64,000 nucleotides of DNA from Candidatus Aenigmatarchaeota archaeon. Its GTDB lineage: Archaea; Aenigmatarchaeota; Aenigmatarchaeia; CG10238-14; SCSR01. Of this stretch, positions 44,644-53,879 are shown piece by piece (position 1 is the first letter of the stretch; each line of letters begins with the position of its first letter). Under the pieces are notes generated by a model. The model did not search any database. It saw nothing but the letters and a program-made list of their open reading frames with translations, and was not told the origin of the DNA. The position numbers were made by a program, and so were the translations under genes. The stretch lies in NCBI GenBank assembly GCA_038998335.1, contig JAVZHQ010000001.1:416001-480000 (forward strand), read 5' to 3'.

Positions 44644-45567
44644 TTGGTAGCTCAAAAAAATTTAAAGATTAGTCTTTATAAACTTCCTGACAGCAACTAC
44701 ATTCATAAAACTTTTAAGGAAGTTTGCAGAAAATTAGAGATTAAACCTTCTCAAGAAGATTTGGAAAGGCTAGTGGTTTATGACATGACTGATGGGATGA
44801 GAACAACTACTAAGCTTATAGGAGCTGATTCTTATTTTGACGGTGCAATTTTTGTGCTCAAGCTTGGACATATTTTAAAAGAATTAGGAAGTAAATGCTT
44901 GTACACTAATGTTGCAGAAGAGAAACATGCTCAAAGAAAAAATTGGCCTGACATTCTAGCTGCTCTAAAGCGTTGTCCAAGAATTTATGAGAATTATGCC
45001 ATGGAAAATGATGTTAGACTAATATTCTTGGGAGATTATCGTAAAATGGACCCTTCAGGAGATTTGGGAAGAGAAATAGATATGCTAATGGAAAAAACTG
45101 CTAATAACAAAAGTTTTACTTCTGTCTATCTCTTAGGCTATTCTCCTGAATGGGCAGAATTAAATCGAGAATTATGGGAAGGTTTGCCTGAAATAACAGT
45201 AACAATAAGACACGCGAAGCTAAGGTTTTCTACAGGAATGCAACTTCCTCCTGAAAAGTCAGAAAATACTGAATTTGTTTATGTTCAGCAAGGCTCAGCA
45301 GATTCTACTTGGAAAGATTATCAAAAGATTTGCTTAGCTGGAATTGCTTTAAGGAGCATGCTGATAAACGAGTTGGGAACGCAATATTGGAAGGAATACA
45401 CAAGAAAAGAGGCAGAAATGATAAGAAGGTTAAGAGAGGAAGAGTTGTATTATAGACGCTTTTATCTTTTTGAACCTCATCCTTATTGTGGGTTTACAAA
45501 GTATCCTCCTTTAACTAAAAGAGCTATAATAGGAAGTCCTTTTGGTCCTGAAGAGATTCTTTTTTAA
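44644..45567 (+). CDS. Divergent cis-prenyltransferase-fold (UppS/Rv3378c-like) protein
   Basis: TDGMR (cf. DGNRR), DVRLIFLGD, KTANN, LGYS, LPE...IR, RFS and EFVY in UppS order. Confidence 0.6.
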   Translation: MVAQKNLKISLYKLPDSNYIHKTFKEVCRKLEIKPSQEDLERLVVYDMTDGMRTTTKLIGADSYFDGAIFVLKLGHILKELGSKCLYTNVAEEKHAQRKNWPDILAALKRCPRIYENYAMENDVRLIFLGDYRKMDPSGDLGREIDMLMEKTANNKSFTSVYLLGYSPEWAELNRELWEGLPEITVTIRHAKLRFSTGMQLPPEKSENTEFVYVQQGSADSTWKDYQKICLAGIALRSMLINELGTQYWKEYTRKEAEMIRRLREEELYYRRFYLFEPHPYCGFTKYPPLTKRAIIGSPFGPEEILF

Positions 45568-46619
45568 ATTAAACCAAACCTTTTGAAGAAATTAGCTTTT
45601 TCTTTCTTTGCTTGAGTTTCAATCATTAAAGCCAAGCCCTGATGAGTTCTTGGGTCAAACTTAAGTTTTTTTATTTCTTTCAAAGCTTTTTCCATTTTTT
45701 GCTTGTAAGGCTCATCCATCTTATCAAGAATTTTTGGGTCTTCTTTTATAAGCCTTCTTACTAGTTCTTTGTTTATTTCTTTAGCGTCTTTGAACTTACA
45801 AATTGCAGTTGTTATTATCGGGTTTGTTTCCAAATTTTCTATATCCTTTTCAATTTTCTGAACGTCGTTTACCCATAATTGTAAACGAGTTCCTCCAACA
45901 GTAAAAAATTCACTTTCTAATTCTTCTAAAACTTTGTTTTTTCCTCCGCTTTCTAAATAAGCTATACGAGCTGCGCATCCTCCCATCAATCCTAACTTCT
46001 CAACAAGAAGCTCCATACAAGCTTGATAACTTGGATACTTTTCTCTTAATCTTTCGAAATCGCCTCGAAGGTAGCACAAATGATCCTCTATATCTTTTTG
46101 TTGACCTTCCATAACTTTTTCTTTTTCTGAAAGATAGATTTGGAAAGAAGAAGGATTTAGCTTTCCAAATCTTTCGTTCACAAGGTTATCTAAATTGTTA
46201 ACTATATTCTTGTAAATTTCATGTTTATGAAGTTTTTCTTGTAAAGTTTTTTCGTCAAGTTTTTTGAAAGCAAGAACTCTTGGGTCATATTCATCATTAT
46301 CTGTATCCATTATATCGCCAAGACCAAAAGCAAGCCTTATTGTTGTCACAACCTCTAAAACATGAGGATTTTTTATAGCTTGCTTAAAGCCAAGATTTGC
46401 GCCACATATGGTTAAAGCTTCTACAGTTCCTGCAGCATAAAGCCTTGTTTGGTAGTTTAAAACTTCATGAATTTCTTCCTCTCTTGTTGGTGAATCTACA
46501 TCAAGATAATAGTTGAGAATGGCTTTTTCCATCCTAGGTTTAATTACTTGGGTATCTAGTTGCATATAAGTAAACAATCTTTTGTAGAGCTGTTTTCCTA
46601 ACCATTCTTTAAATTTCAT
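45564..46619 (-). CDS. Class I isoprenoid synthase-fold protein (trans-prenyltransferase/terpene synthase-like)
   Basis: GDIMDTDND, GQQKD, EKLG and QLWVNDVQKIEKD. Confidence 0.6.
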   Translation of the reverse strand: MKFKEWLGKQLYKRLFTYMQLDTQVIKPRMEKAILNYYLDVDSPTREEEIHEVLNYQTRLYAAGTVEALTICGANLGFKQAIKNPHVLEVVTTIRLAFGLGDIMDTDNDEYDPRVLAFKKLDEKTLQEKLHKHEIYKNIVNNLDNLVNERFGKLNPSSFQIYLSEKEKVMEGQQKDIEDHLCYLRGDFERLREKYPSYQACMELLVEKLGLMGGCAARIAYLESGGKNKVLEELESEFFTVGGTRLQLWVNDVQKIEKDIENLETNPIITTAICKFKDAKEINKELVRRLIKEDPKILDKMDEPYKQKMEKALKEIKKLKFDPRTHQGLALMIETQAKKEKANFFKRFGLI

Positions 46620-46660
46620 AAATTAAAAGAAAATTAGTTAAAGATTTAAGCTTTTTGTAG

Positions 46661-47815
46661 CTATGCTGGAACAATTTTCATCTCAGCCAATATTTTTGCC
46701 GTAGTAACAGAATCAAGAGTATTGCCTTTTACTACATAACGCTCCAACACACCGTTAAACCTTCCTCTTTCTTCTTTTCTTAACCTTAAAGCTTCTTCAG
46801 GTACTTTAACCATTACTGTTGGTTCTATTCCAAGTTGTAAGGAATTAACTGGCATTTGCATGTATTCTAGTTTTTTAAGTAAATCGTACCATTTCACGTT
46901 TTCAACAGGATCCTCTAGTTGTTCGTATAAGTACATGACAAAAGAAGTCCATAAGGCAACTTGATGACCATGACGTGCAGGTTTTGGCGCAAGTCTATCG
47001 GTAGCGTGAGATAAATCATGTTCTGATCCAGAAGCTCCCAAGGTTGAGTTATTTATTATCATTCCTTCTCCACATTTTATACAAGCATCAACGACTTCTG
47101 GTATAACTTTTTCTTTATAAAAAAAAGATGTACTTCCAGAAGGTATGTTTTTCTCTTGCATTTCATCTATTAAACTTAAAAGTTTTTTAGCAGGTTGTAG
47201 GAATAAAGACAGGGCAATTTCTTCTTTGTAAGAATCAGGCTCTTGATATTTCCAATCTTTTACAGCTGTAAGTTTTCCTAGAACATCGCCAATAGCAGCG
47301 GTGATAGAAGAGTAAGGAGCTTCTTGAATTATCTTGAAGGGAATTATTAAGCCTATTGGCGGAGAAACATCTAACGATATAAACTCTTTGTTTTTAATAG
47401 AGCATCGAGGTGAAATCAAACCATCATGAGAAACTGTAGTTGCAAAATGGGTAAAATAAACTCTTTTTTCTGGTTTGCTTGCAAGTTGTACTGCATACTT
47501 AGTTACATCTTCTACTGTTCCACCACCAACACTTAAAACTAGGTTGTATTTTTTTCTTTGAATGAGTTGAGCAATTCTGCTCCCTTCTTCACTTGTCGCA
47601 GACTCAACAGCAAAAGGACCTTCAAGCTTATAACTAGAAATATTTTTACACAAATCTTGAGCAATGCCATAAGTTATTCCTTTTTCTCTTCCGCTTATCA
47701 CTCCTATGCTTCCTTTTGGAATCTCAATTTTATCAAAAAGTTTAGCTACGTTTTCGTAGATATCTTGATTGGGTTTAATCTTAACTATCTTCGGTAGTTT
47801 TGGCTCTTGCATCAT
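46661..47815 (-). CDS. Glycerol-1-phosphate dehydrogenase-like (EgsA/AraM family)
   Basis: GGGTVEDVTK, TVSHDGLISP, GD...TAVKDW, ASGSEH.LSH and HGHQV. Confidence 0.8.
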   Translation of the reverse strand: MMQEPKLPKIVKIKPNQDIYENVAKLFDKIEIPKGSIGVISGREKGITYGIAQDLCKNISSYKLEGPFAVESATSEEGSRIAQLIQRKKYNLVLSVGGGTVEDVTKYAVQLASKPEKRVYFTHFATTVSHDGLISPRCSIKNKEFISLDVSPPIGLIIPFKIIQEAPYSSITAAIGDVLGKLTAVKDWKYQEPDSYKEEIALSLFLQPAKKLLSLIDEMQEKNIPSGSTSFFYKEKVIPEVVDACIKCGEGMIINNSTLGASGSEHDLSHATDRLAPKPARHGHQVALWTSFVMYLYEQLEDPVENVKWYDLLKKLEYMQMPVNSLQLGIEPTVMVKVPEEALRLRKEERGRFNGVLERYVVKGNTLDSVTTAKILAEMKIVPA

Positions 47816-47850
47816 ATCAAATACTTTTAGTAAAACTTAAATATTTGTTT

Positions 47851-49629
47851 TTAAACTTTCCAGTATTCACCTTTTTCCTTTTGTTCTAAATCAAGTTGAG
47901 AGTTAAGCTTGTTAGCTCTGGGTCTTCCTGTTTGAGGGTCTTTCCTGAAAGTTATTCCAACGTTTTTTAAAAAAAGGTTAAAAGCTTCTTTAATTCTTTT
48001 AACTTCCTCTACATAACCTTTTATTCCTGGTTCTCCCAAAAAAACCATTGCCCTACTTCCTACTTGACTTAGGAAAAGTAAATCATGGTCTATAACTATA
48101 CAACTTTTTTCTTTTAAATCAACTAGCTTGTTCAAAAGTTTGGCAAGGCTAAGCCTTTGCTCTACATCCAAGAAAGCAGAAGGTTCGTCTAAAAGGTAAA
48201 GGTCAGAATCCTTGGAAAGGCAATAAGCTATAGAAACTCTTTGAAGCTCGCCTCCTGAAAGCTCTTTTATCTTTCTTTCCAAAAGCTTTTCCAGAGCTAA
48301 AGGTTTAGCTATTTCTATTTTGTATTCATCTTTTTCAACATCTGCTACAGAGCTTAAGTATTCCTTGACTGTGCCTTCAAAATTTATTTCAATGTACTGT
48401 GGCTTGTAGGAAATTTTAACCGAAGAGCTAAGTTTTCCTTTATCAGGCTTTAATTCTCCTGCTAGAATTCTTGCAAAAGTTGTTTTTCCTAAGGCATTAG
48501 CTCCGAGAATTGCTAAAACTTCTTTTTTTCTTAAATCGCCTTTTTCTATTTCAAGAGAAAAGCCATTAAGCTTCTTTGAAATGTTTTCAAAAGAAACTAA
48601 AATTTCCTGTGAAATTCCTCTTTCAGAAATGCTTGAGAAAAAGGTTATTGGCTCTTCCCTAAACCTTACGTTATCTTCTTTTATGTAGCCATCAAGAAAA
48701 ACGTTTATTCCTACTCTTGTGCTATAAGGCTTAGAAACTATTCCATAAGCTCCTGGATAACCGTAAAAAATGTGAACTCTATCAGCTAAAAAGTCTAAAG
48801 TTGCTAAGTCATGGTCTACTATTAAAACTGATTTCTCGCTTGAATATTCTTTTATAATTTTTGCCATGCTTAGCCTTTGAAAAACGTCAAGAAAGCTTGT
48901 TGGCTCATCGAAATAAAAAATGTCTGCATCTTTCAAAAGACAAGCAATTATCGCAACCCTTTGAAGCTCGCCCCCTGAAAGCTCGTTAATCTCTTTTTCT
49001 ACTATACTTTCGAGGTTTGTTTTTTTGAGAAGTTCGTTTAAAATTTTTCTTTCGTCTATTTTTTCCAAGAGTTTTGAAACCTTTCCTTTGTAAAATTTTG
49101 GTATTTGGTCAACTCTTTGAGGTTTGTAAGAAACCCTTATTTTCCCTTCTTTCATTTCCTCAAGGTAAGCCTGAAGTTCTGTTCCACGAAAAATTTTAAT
49201 CAAACTTGAAAAATCTGCCTCGCTACCAAAATTCCCAAGGTTTGGCTTTATTTCTCCTGCTAGAATTCTTAGCGCAGTAGTTTTTCCTGTACCGTTTGGC
49301 CCAACTAAACCAACAATCTTACCTTTTACAGGAAAAGGCAACCTAAAAAGTGCAAACTCATTAGGGCCAAACCTGTGAATTGGTGCTTCCTCAAGCTCTT
49401 TTGGTAAGTTAACTATGCTTAAGGCTTTAAAGCCTGCTCTTTCACAAGCTTTAACGCATAAAGCACAGCCAATACAAATGTTTTCGTCTATTCTTGGAAA
49501 GTTAGTTTCTTCTTCAACTACTATACATTCTTCTCCACTTCTATTCTTTGGACAAACTTTTATGCATTGATAATTACATTTTTCTGGCTTGCATAGCTCC
49601 TTATCTACTACTGCTATCCTTTTTGCCAT
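47851..49629 (-). CDS. Ribosome recycling ATPase ABCE1/Rli1
   Basis: N-terminal Fe-S Cys clusters, two ABC domains with LSGGELQR, GRPRANK. Confidence 0.97.
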   Translation of the reverse strand: MAKRIAVVDKELCKPEKCNYQCIKVCPKNRSGEECIVVEEETNFPRIDENICIGCALCVKACERAGFKALSIVNLPKELEEAPIHRFGPNEFALFRLPFPVKGKIVGLVGPNGTGKTTALRILAGEIKPNLGNFGSEADFSSLIKIFRGTELQAYLEEMKEGKIRVSYKPQRVDQIPKFYKGKVSKLLEKIDERKILNELLKKTNLESIVEKEINELSGGELQRVAIIACLLKDADIFYFDEPTSFLDVFQRLSMAKIIKEYSSEKSVLIVDHDLATLDFLADRVHIFYGYPGAYGIVSKPYSTRVGINVFLDGYIKEDNVRFREEPITFFSSISERGISQEILVSFENISKKLNGFSLEIEKGDLRKKEVLAILGANALGKTTFARILAGELKPDKGKLSSSVKISYKPQYIEINFEGTVKEYLSSVADVEKDEYKIEIAKPLALEKLLERKIKELSGGELQRVSIAYCLSKDSDLYLLDEPSAFLDVEQRLSLAKLLNKLVDLKEKSCIVIDHDLLFLSQVGSRAMVFLGEPGIKGYVEEVKRIKEAFNLFLKNVGITFRKDPQTGRPRANKLNSQLDLEQKEKGEYWKV

Positions 49630-49633
49630 AACA

Positions 49634-50476
49634 TTAAGATTGTTTAGAAGAGATAAGTTTTTTTCTTGTAAGGAAAAGGAAGTAATAGGTTTTTGCTGTT
49701 GTTAGGAAAACATAAGAATAAGAAAGGAAAAAGGAAAGAACAGCTAAAGCTACTGTTATTCTTTCGGGATTGTTTGTTATTAAACCGATAATTTGAATTA
49801 AACCAGCCTGCGAAAGCTCGCCATAAGTTGAGAAGATTTGATAAACAAAAACTATTTGAGAGAAAAGAGGTGAAAGTGAAAGAATTACAAGGAAAAATGA
49901 AGAAAAAAGGATGGAAAAATAGATTAGATAGAGAAAAAGCCAAAATAGAAAAGATGTCAAAAGATTTTTAATAACTAGCGAATAACTTCTTTTCATAGCT
50001 TCAAGGAAGTCCTCTCTGTTTATAACTATTGATGGCAAGGAAAGAAGGAAAACAAAGCTTACAAGAAATCTTAGGAGCAAACCAAAACTTCCAAAAAAAT
50101 ATAGAAAAAGGTTGATAAAAGTTAGAAAAAAGAATAAACCCAAGATTTGAGGTAAAAGTTTTTTTGAGAATTTTAATCCAGCGTTTAAACCTTCTTTTCT
50201 CCAGACATCATAAACCAAAGCTCCTGAAAGCCAGCAGTTGAAAACAAAAACGATAAAAGAAATTGCCACAAGGATTGAAGAGTTTATAAGAATTAGATTA
50301 AGGTTTTCTTGAGTTAACTTTAAAATTAAAAAGTTTGGTAAAATGCTTATTAGTGGCAAAAGAAAGAAAAGAGAAATGAAAGAAGAAATGAAGTAGAGCG
50401 TAAAAAAAGGAAAAATTCTTTTAAACTTGAGAGAATCTGCTAAACTTTTTTTATAGATTTCAAGTGTCTTCATCAA
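49634..50476 (-). CDS. Polytopic membrane protein
   Basis: About six hydrophobic helices. Confidence 0.65.
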   Translation of the reverse strand: MMKTLEIYKKSLADSLKFKRIFPFFTLYFISSFISLFFLLPLISILPNFLILKLTQENLNLILINSSILVAISFIVFVFNCWLSGALVYDVWRKEGLNAGLKFSKKLLPQILGLFFFLTFINLFLYFFGSFGLLLRFLVSFVFLLSLPSIVINREDFLEAMKRSYSLVIKNLLTSFLFWLFLYLIYFSILFSSFFLVILSLSPLFSQIVFVYQIFSTYGELSQAGLIQIIGLITNNPERITVALAVLSFFLSYSYVFLTTAKTYYFLFLTRKKLISSKQS

Positions 50477-50518
50477 TAAAAATTAGAAAGTTTGAAATAT
50501 AAGTAGCACAAATGTTAA

Positions 50519-51682
50519 TTGATGCAGATTGGTTTAGTTGGCAAGCCATCTAGCGGAAAATCAACCTTTTTTAAAGCAGCAACTTTGATAGATGTGAAAA
50601 TAACAGGAATACCCTTTTGCACTATAAAGCCTAATGTTGGAATAGGATATGTTATTATTGATTGCGTTTGTAAAGAGTTTGGTGTTAAGTGTAAGCCTAA
50701 AGCTGGTTTTTGCAAGAATGGGAAAAGGTTTGTTCCTGTTAAGCTAATAGACGTTGCAGGCTTAGTTCCAGGGGCTCATGAAGGTAGAGGCCTAGGAAAT
50801 CAATTCTTAGACGACTTAAGGCAGGCTTCGGTTTTGATTCATATAGTTGATTTTTCTGGTTTAAGAGATGAAGAAGGAAGGCCAACTTCTGGCTATGATC
50901 CTTCTCGCGACATAGAATTTTTGGAAGAGGAAATTGACTTATGGTTTGCAAGTGTTATAGAAAAAGCAATTAAAAAGTTTGAAAGAAGTTTAATAGGAAA
51001 GACAAAAGCAGATTTGATTGAAATCTTAACTCAGCAGCTTAGCGGTTTGGAAATTTCAAGAGAGCATGTTGAAAAAGCCTTGGAAAAAGCTTCGCTAGCT
51101 GACATAAAAAATTTTGCTAGAATTTTAAGACAAATTTCTAAACCAATTTTAATAGCTGCAAACAAGATAGATTTGAAAGAAGCGAAAGAAAATTTTGAAA
51201 GGTTGAAAGAGAAATATCCTAATGTAATTCCAACAAGCGCAGAGGCAGAAGTTGCTTTAAAGAAAGCTGCAGAAAAAAACTTGATAGATTACTTACCTGG
51301 GAATGGCTTTGAAATTGTTGATAGAAGTAAGCTTGATGAGAAACAGATAAAAGTTTTGGAGATGATAAAAAAAGAGATAGTAGAAAAGTATGGTTCCACT
51401 GGAGTGCAAACTTGCTTAAACAAAGCTGTTTTTGAGTTGTTGAATTACATAGCAGTTTATCCTGTTGCTGACAGCAAAAAGCTAAGTGATAATGAAGGTA
51501 ATGTCTTGCCGGATGTTTTTCTTGTTCCAAAAGGAATAACTCTTAAAGAGTTTGCTTTCAAAATCCATACAGAAATTGGGGAAAAGTTTATTTGTGGTAT
51601 AGACGCAAGAACAAAGAAAAAGCTTTCTGCTGATTATCAGCTTAAGGATAAGGATGTTGTAGAAATTGCCTTTGCTAAGTAG
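50519..51682 (+). CDS. ychF: Archaeal YchF/Obg-family NTPase with TGS domain
   Basis: GKPSSGKST, DVAGLVPGAHEGRGLGNQFL and ANKID. Confidence 0.93.
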   Translation: MMQIGLVGKPSSGKSTFFKAATLIDVKITGIPFCTIKPNVGIGYVIIDCVCKEFGVKCKPKAGFCKNGKRFVPVKLIDVAGLVPGAHEGRGLGNQFLDDLRQASVLIHIVDFSGLRDEEGRPTSGYDPSRDIEFLEEEIDLWFASVIEKAIKKFERSLIGKTKADLIEILTQQLSGLEISREHVEKALEKASLADIKNFARILRQISKPILIAANKIDLKEAKENFERLKEKYPNVIPTSAEAEVALKKAAEKNLIDYLPGNGFEIVDRSKLDEKQIKVLEMIKKEIVEKYGSTGVQTCLNKAVFELLNYIAVYPVADSKKLSDNEGNVLPDVFLVPKGITLKEFAFKIHTEIGEKFICGIDARTKKKLSADYQLKDKDVVEIAFAK

Positions 51683-53297
51683 TTTGGGTTATGTTCATTA
51701 TTTTTTTCAAAATTTCTGTGAACAAACCTGTAATTGTAACGCGTGGCTCAGAAGTGTAACAATAGGAAGTTTTTTTAACCTTGTTTATTTCTAAATAGAT
51801 TGTGTAATATTCATTTCTCTTTAGAGGAGATGATAAAGTAAAGTTAAGGATTTTAACCTCTCTTTTCCTAGCTCCTTCAAAGGAAGAGCTTGCAGAAATA
51901 CTGGTTGTTTTGTACCCATAGCTATTGTATTCTTCCCAGCCTTGAAAAGTTCCATCTTCAAAATTGTAAATTGTTTTGCTTCCGTCTCTTTCTACCTCAA
52001 TATAATCAATAGCAGCATCCCAGTCATTATTTCCGTCCAAAGCAGAGTAAACTCCTATTCCTATCTTATGAGTGCCATTAAGTTCGAGCGTATATTCGTA
52101 CCATTTTCCTTTTTCAGCCTCGCGGAAATCCAAAACTTTTCTTCTTGTATCGTCTAACCAATAAGAAAGGTATCTAAACCCGTAGCAGCAAGCATCTTCG
52201 TCTACCATCCATCTCCACTTTATTTTTCCTCTGTTACCAAAGTCTATTGTTTGGTATATGTAATTTTCTTCGCCACCCCAATTATCATTCTCTGGGTTAA
52301 CGAAAACAGAATAAGAGCCGTTAAAAGCATAGGAAGAAGTGATGTATATGTCACCACTCGTGCCGTAAGTTGAGTATTTTAACGTTAAATTGGCTGCACC
52401 ACCAGGCATGTTTTTAAGCGCTTCTATTGCAATTTTTACTTCGTTAGAATTGAAGTCGCAGTAGGATTCGATTATCTCGAAGTTTGGAAGCCAGGTTACT
52501 TTTTCTAAGGGAACAGGAAGCTTTATTTGTGTTTCGTCAACATCAAACGCTAAGCTTTTTGCTTCATATTCACCCTTAAGACCTGAGACATAAGAATAAC
52601 TACCATAAGAAGAATTGCTCACCATTTCAAAAGAGTAATATAAAGGAAAGCCTGTTTCTTCGTCATAACAGCAATAAATTGTATAGTTTGCATTCGTGTA
52701 GCTATATAAAAATTCTGGTTGGTATTCTTGTAAAAGCTTGTTTAAATCGATTTTAAACTTGAAATAATCGCATTTTCTATTGATAAACTCTCTTTTTTCA
52801 AGGTAAGAGGCGGTAGCAATTTTTTTCTCCAGCAACTCTTTCAAATTCTTAATTTGATGACCAACATCTAAAGGATATGCTATCATCTTGAGCGGGTCGA
52901 ACTCCTCACAAGAATAGGTTGGGTTTATTATAGAAGTTTTTGTACATGCAATACTACCTTCAGGTATAGAATACATTTCTAGTTCATATTTGCCATAATA
53001 ATTAGCAAGTTCTGAAGAAGAAAAATAAAGGTATGGCGAACTTTCGATCTTTATTAAACTTTTATGGTTTCCGTTAGCGTAAATGAAATCTAAACTTCCG
53101 GAAGTTGTTCTCTCTAAACTTCCAGAGTAATAAGTAAGCGAAAGGGAGTAAGAAATTCCTATCTCATTAACTTTTTCTATTTTTTCAAAAATTTTGGTTA
53201 GCAAATCAGAAGTGTTAACAGGAGTAAAAAGAAAGTAAAACGTTATGCCTGCTAATATCCCCACAACTATTAAAAAAACCAAGAGTACCTTTTCCAT
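51675..53297 (-). CDS. Membrane-anchored extracellular protein
   Basis: N-terminal TM helix; Tyr/Ser-rich beta regions. Confidence 0.65.
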   Translation of the reverse strand: MEKVLLVFLIVVGILAGITFYFLFTPVNTSDLLTKIFEKIEKVNEIGISYSLSLTYYSGSLERTTSGSLDFIYANGNHKSLIKIESSPYLYFSSSELANYYGKYELEMYSIPEGSIACTKTSIINPTYSCEEFDPLKMIAYPLDVGHQIKNLKELLEKKIATASYLEKREFINRKCDYFKFKIDLNKLLQEYQPEFLYSYTNANYTIYCCYDEETGFPLYYSFEMVSNSSYGSYSYVSGLKGEYEAKSLAFDVDETQIKLPVPLEKVTWLPNFEIIESYCDFNSNEVKIAIEALKNMPGGAANLTLKYSTYGTSGDIYITSSYAFNGSYSVFVNPENDNWGGEENYIYQTIDFGNRGKIKWRWMVDEDACCYGFRYLSYWLDDTRRKVLDFREAEKGKWYEYTLELNGTHKIGIGVYSALDGNNDWDAAIDYIEVERDGSKTIYNFEDGTFQGWEEYNSYGYKTTSISASSSFEGARKREVKILNFTLSSPLKRNEYYTIYLEINKVKKTSYCYTSEPRVTITGLFTEILKKIMNITQTT

Positions 53298-53328
53298 AGT
53301 TTATTTTTGATTTTTTATAAATAAAAAA

Positions 53329-53784
53329 TTAAACAACCCTAAAATCTTCTTTAATAGTTGTCAAAACTACATGAGTGTTTGTTCTTTCAACGTTTGGCAT
53401 TGCTAGCAAGCTCTTAACAAAGTCGCTAAGCTCTTGCCTTTTCTTAAACTTGGCTATTATCAAGGCATCTGTCAAACCAGTAATGTCATAGACTGCGCAT
53501 ACATTAGAAAATTTTGCTATTTCCTTTTCAACTTCCAAAAGCTTGCCTTTTGAAACTGTTATTTCTATTATTGCTGTAAGCTCATAACCAATTTTTTCAT
53601 GATCCAAAAGAACTGAATAGCCTTTAATTATCTTCTCGCTTTCTAGAATTTTTACTCGATTTATAATTGTCCCTACGGATAAACCTAAATGCCTTGCTAT
53701 TTCTCTGAAGGAAAGTCTTGAGTTTGAAAGCAAAAGCTTAATTATTTTAACGTCTGTTTTGTCTAGCTCCATTTTTTTATTCAC
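53329..53784 (-). CDS. Lrp/AsnC-family regulator, divergent from glnA
   Basis: LDKTDVKII..NSRLSFREIA and VYDITG. Confidence 0.93.
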   Translation of the reverse strand: MNKKMELDKTDVKIIKLLLSNSRLSFREIARHLGLSVGTIINRVKILESEKIIKGYSVLLDHEKIGYELTAIIEITVSKGKLLEVEKEIAKFSNVCAVYDITGLTDALIIAKFKKRQELSDFVKSLLAMPNVERTNTHVVLTTIKEDFRVV

Positions 53785-53879
53785 CTTTTGAATATTTGTT
53801 AATCAAATATAAAAATTTTTGGATTTTTGTTCAAATTTTTAAGTTAAAACTTATATATTTGTAGTGAGAAAAAAGTAAC

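Noticed and set aside
49425-49450. Small in-frame insertion in the ABCE1 Fe-S domain (CERAGF versus the usual CPF) as a second micro-intron
   Set aside because: Only about 9 nt, frame preserved, and no BHB geometry visible.
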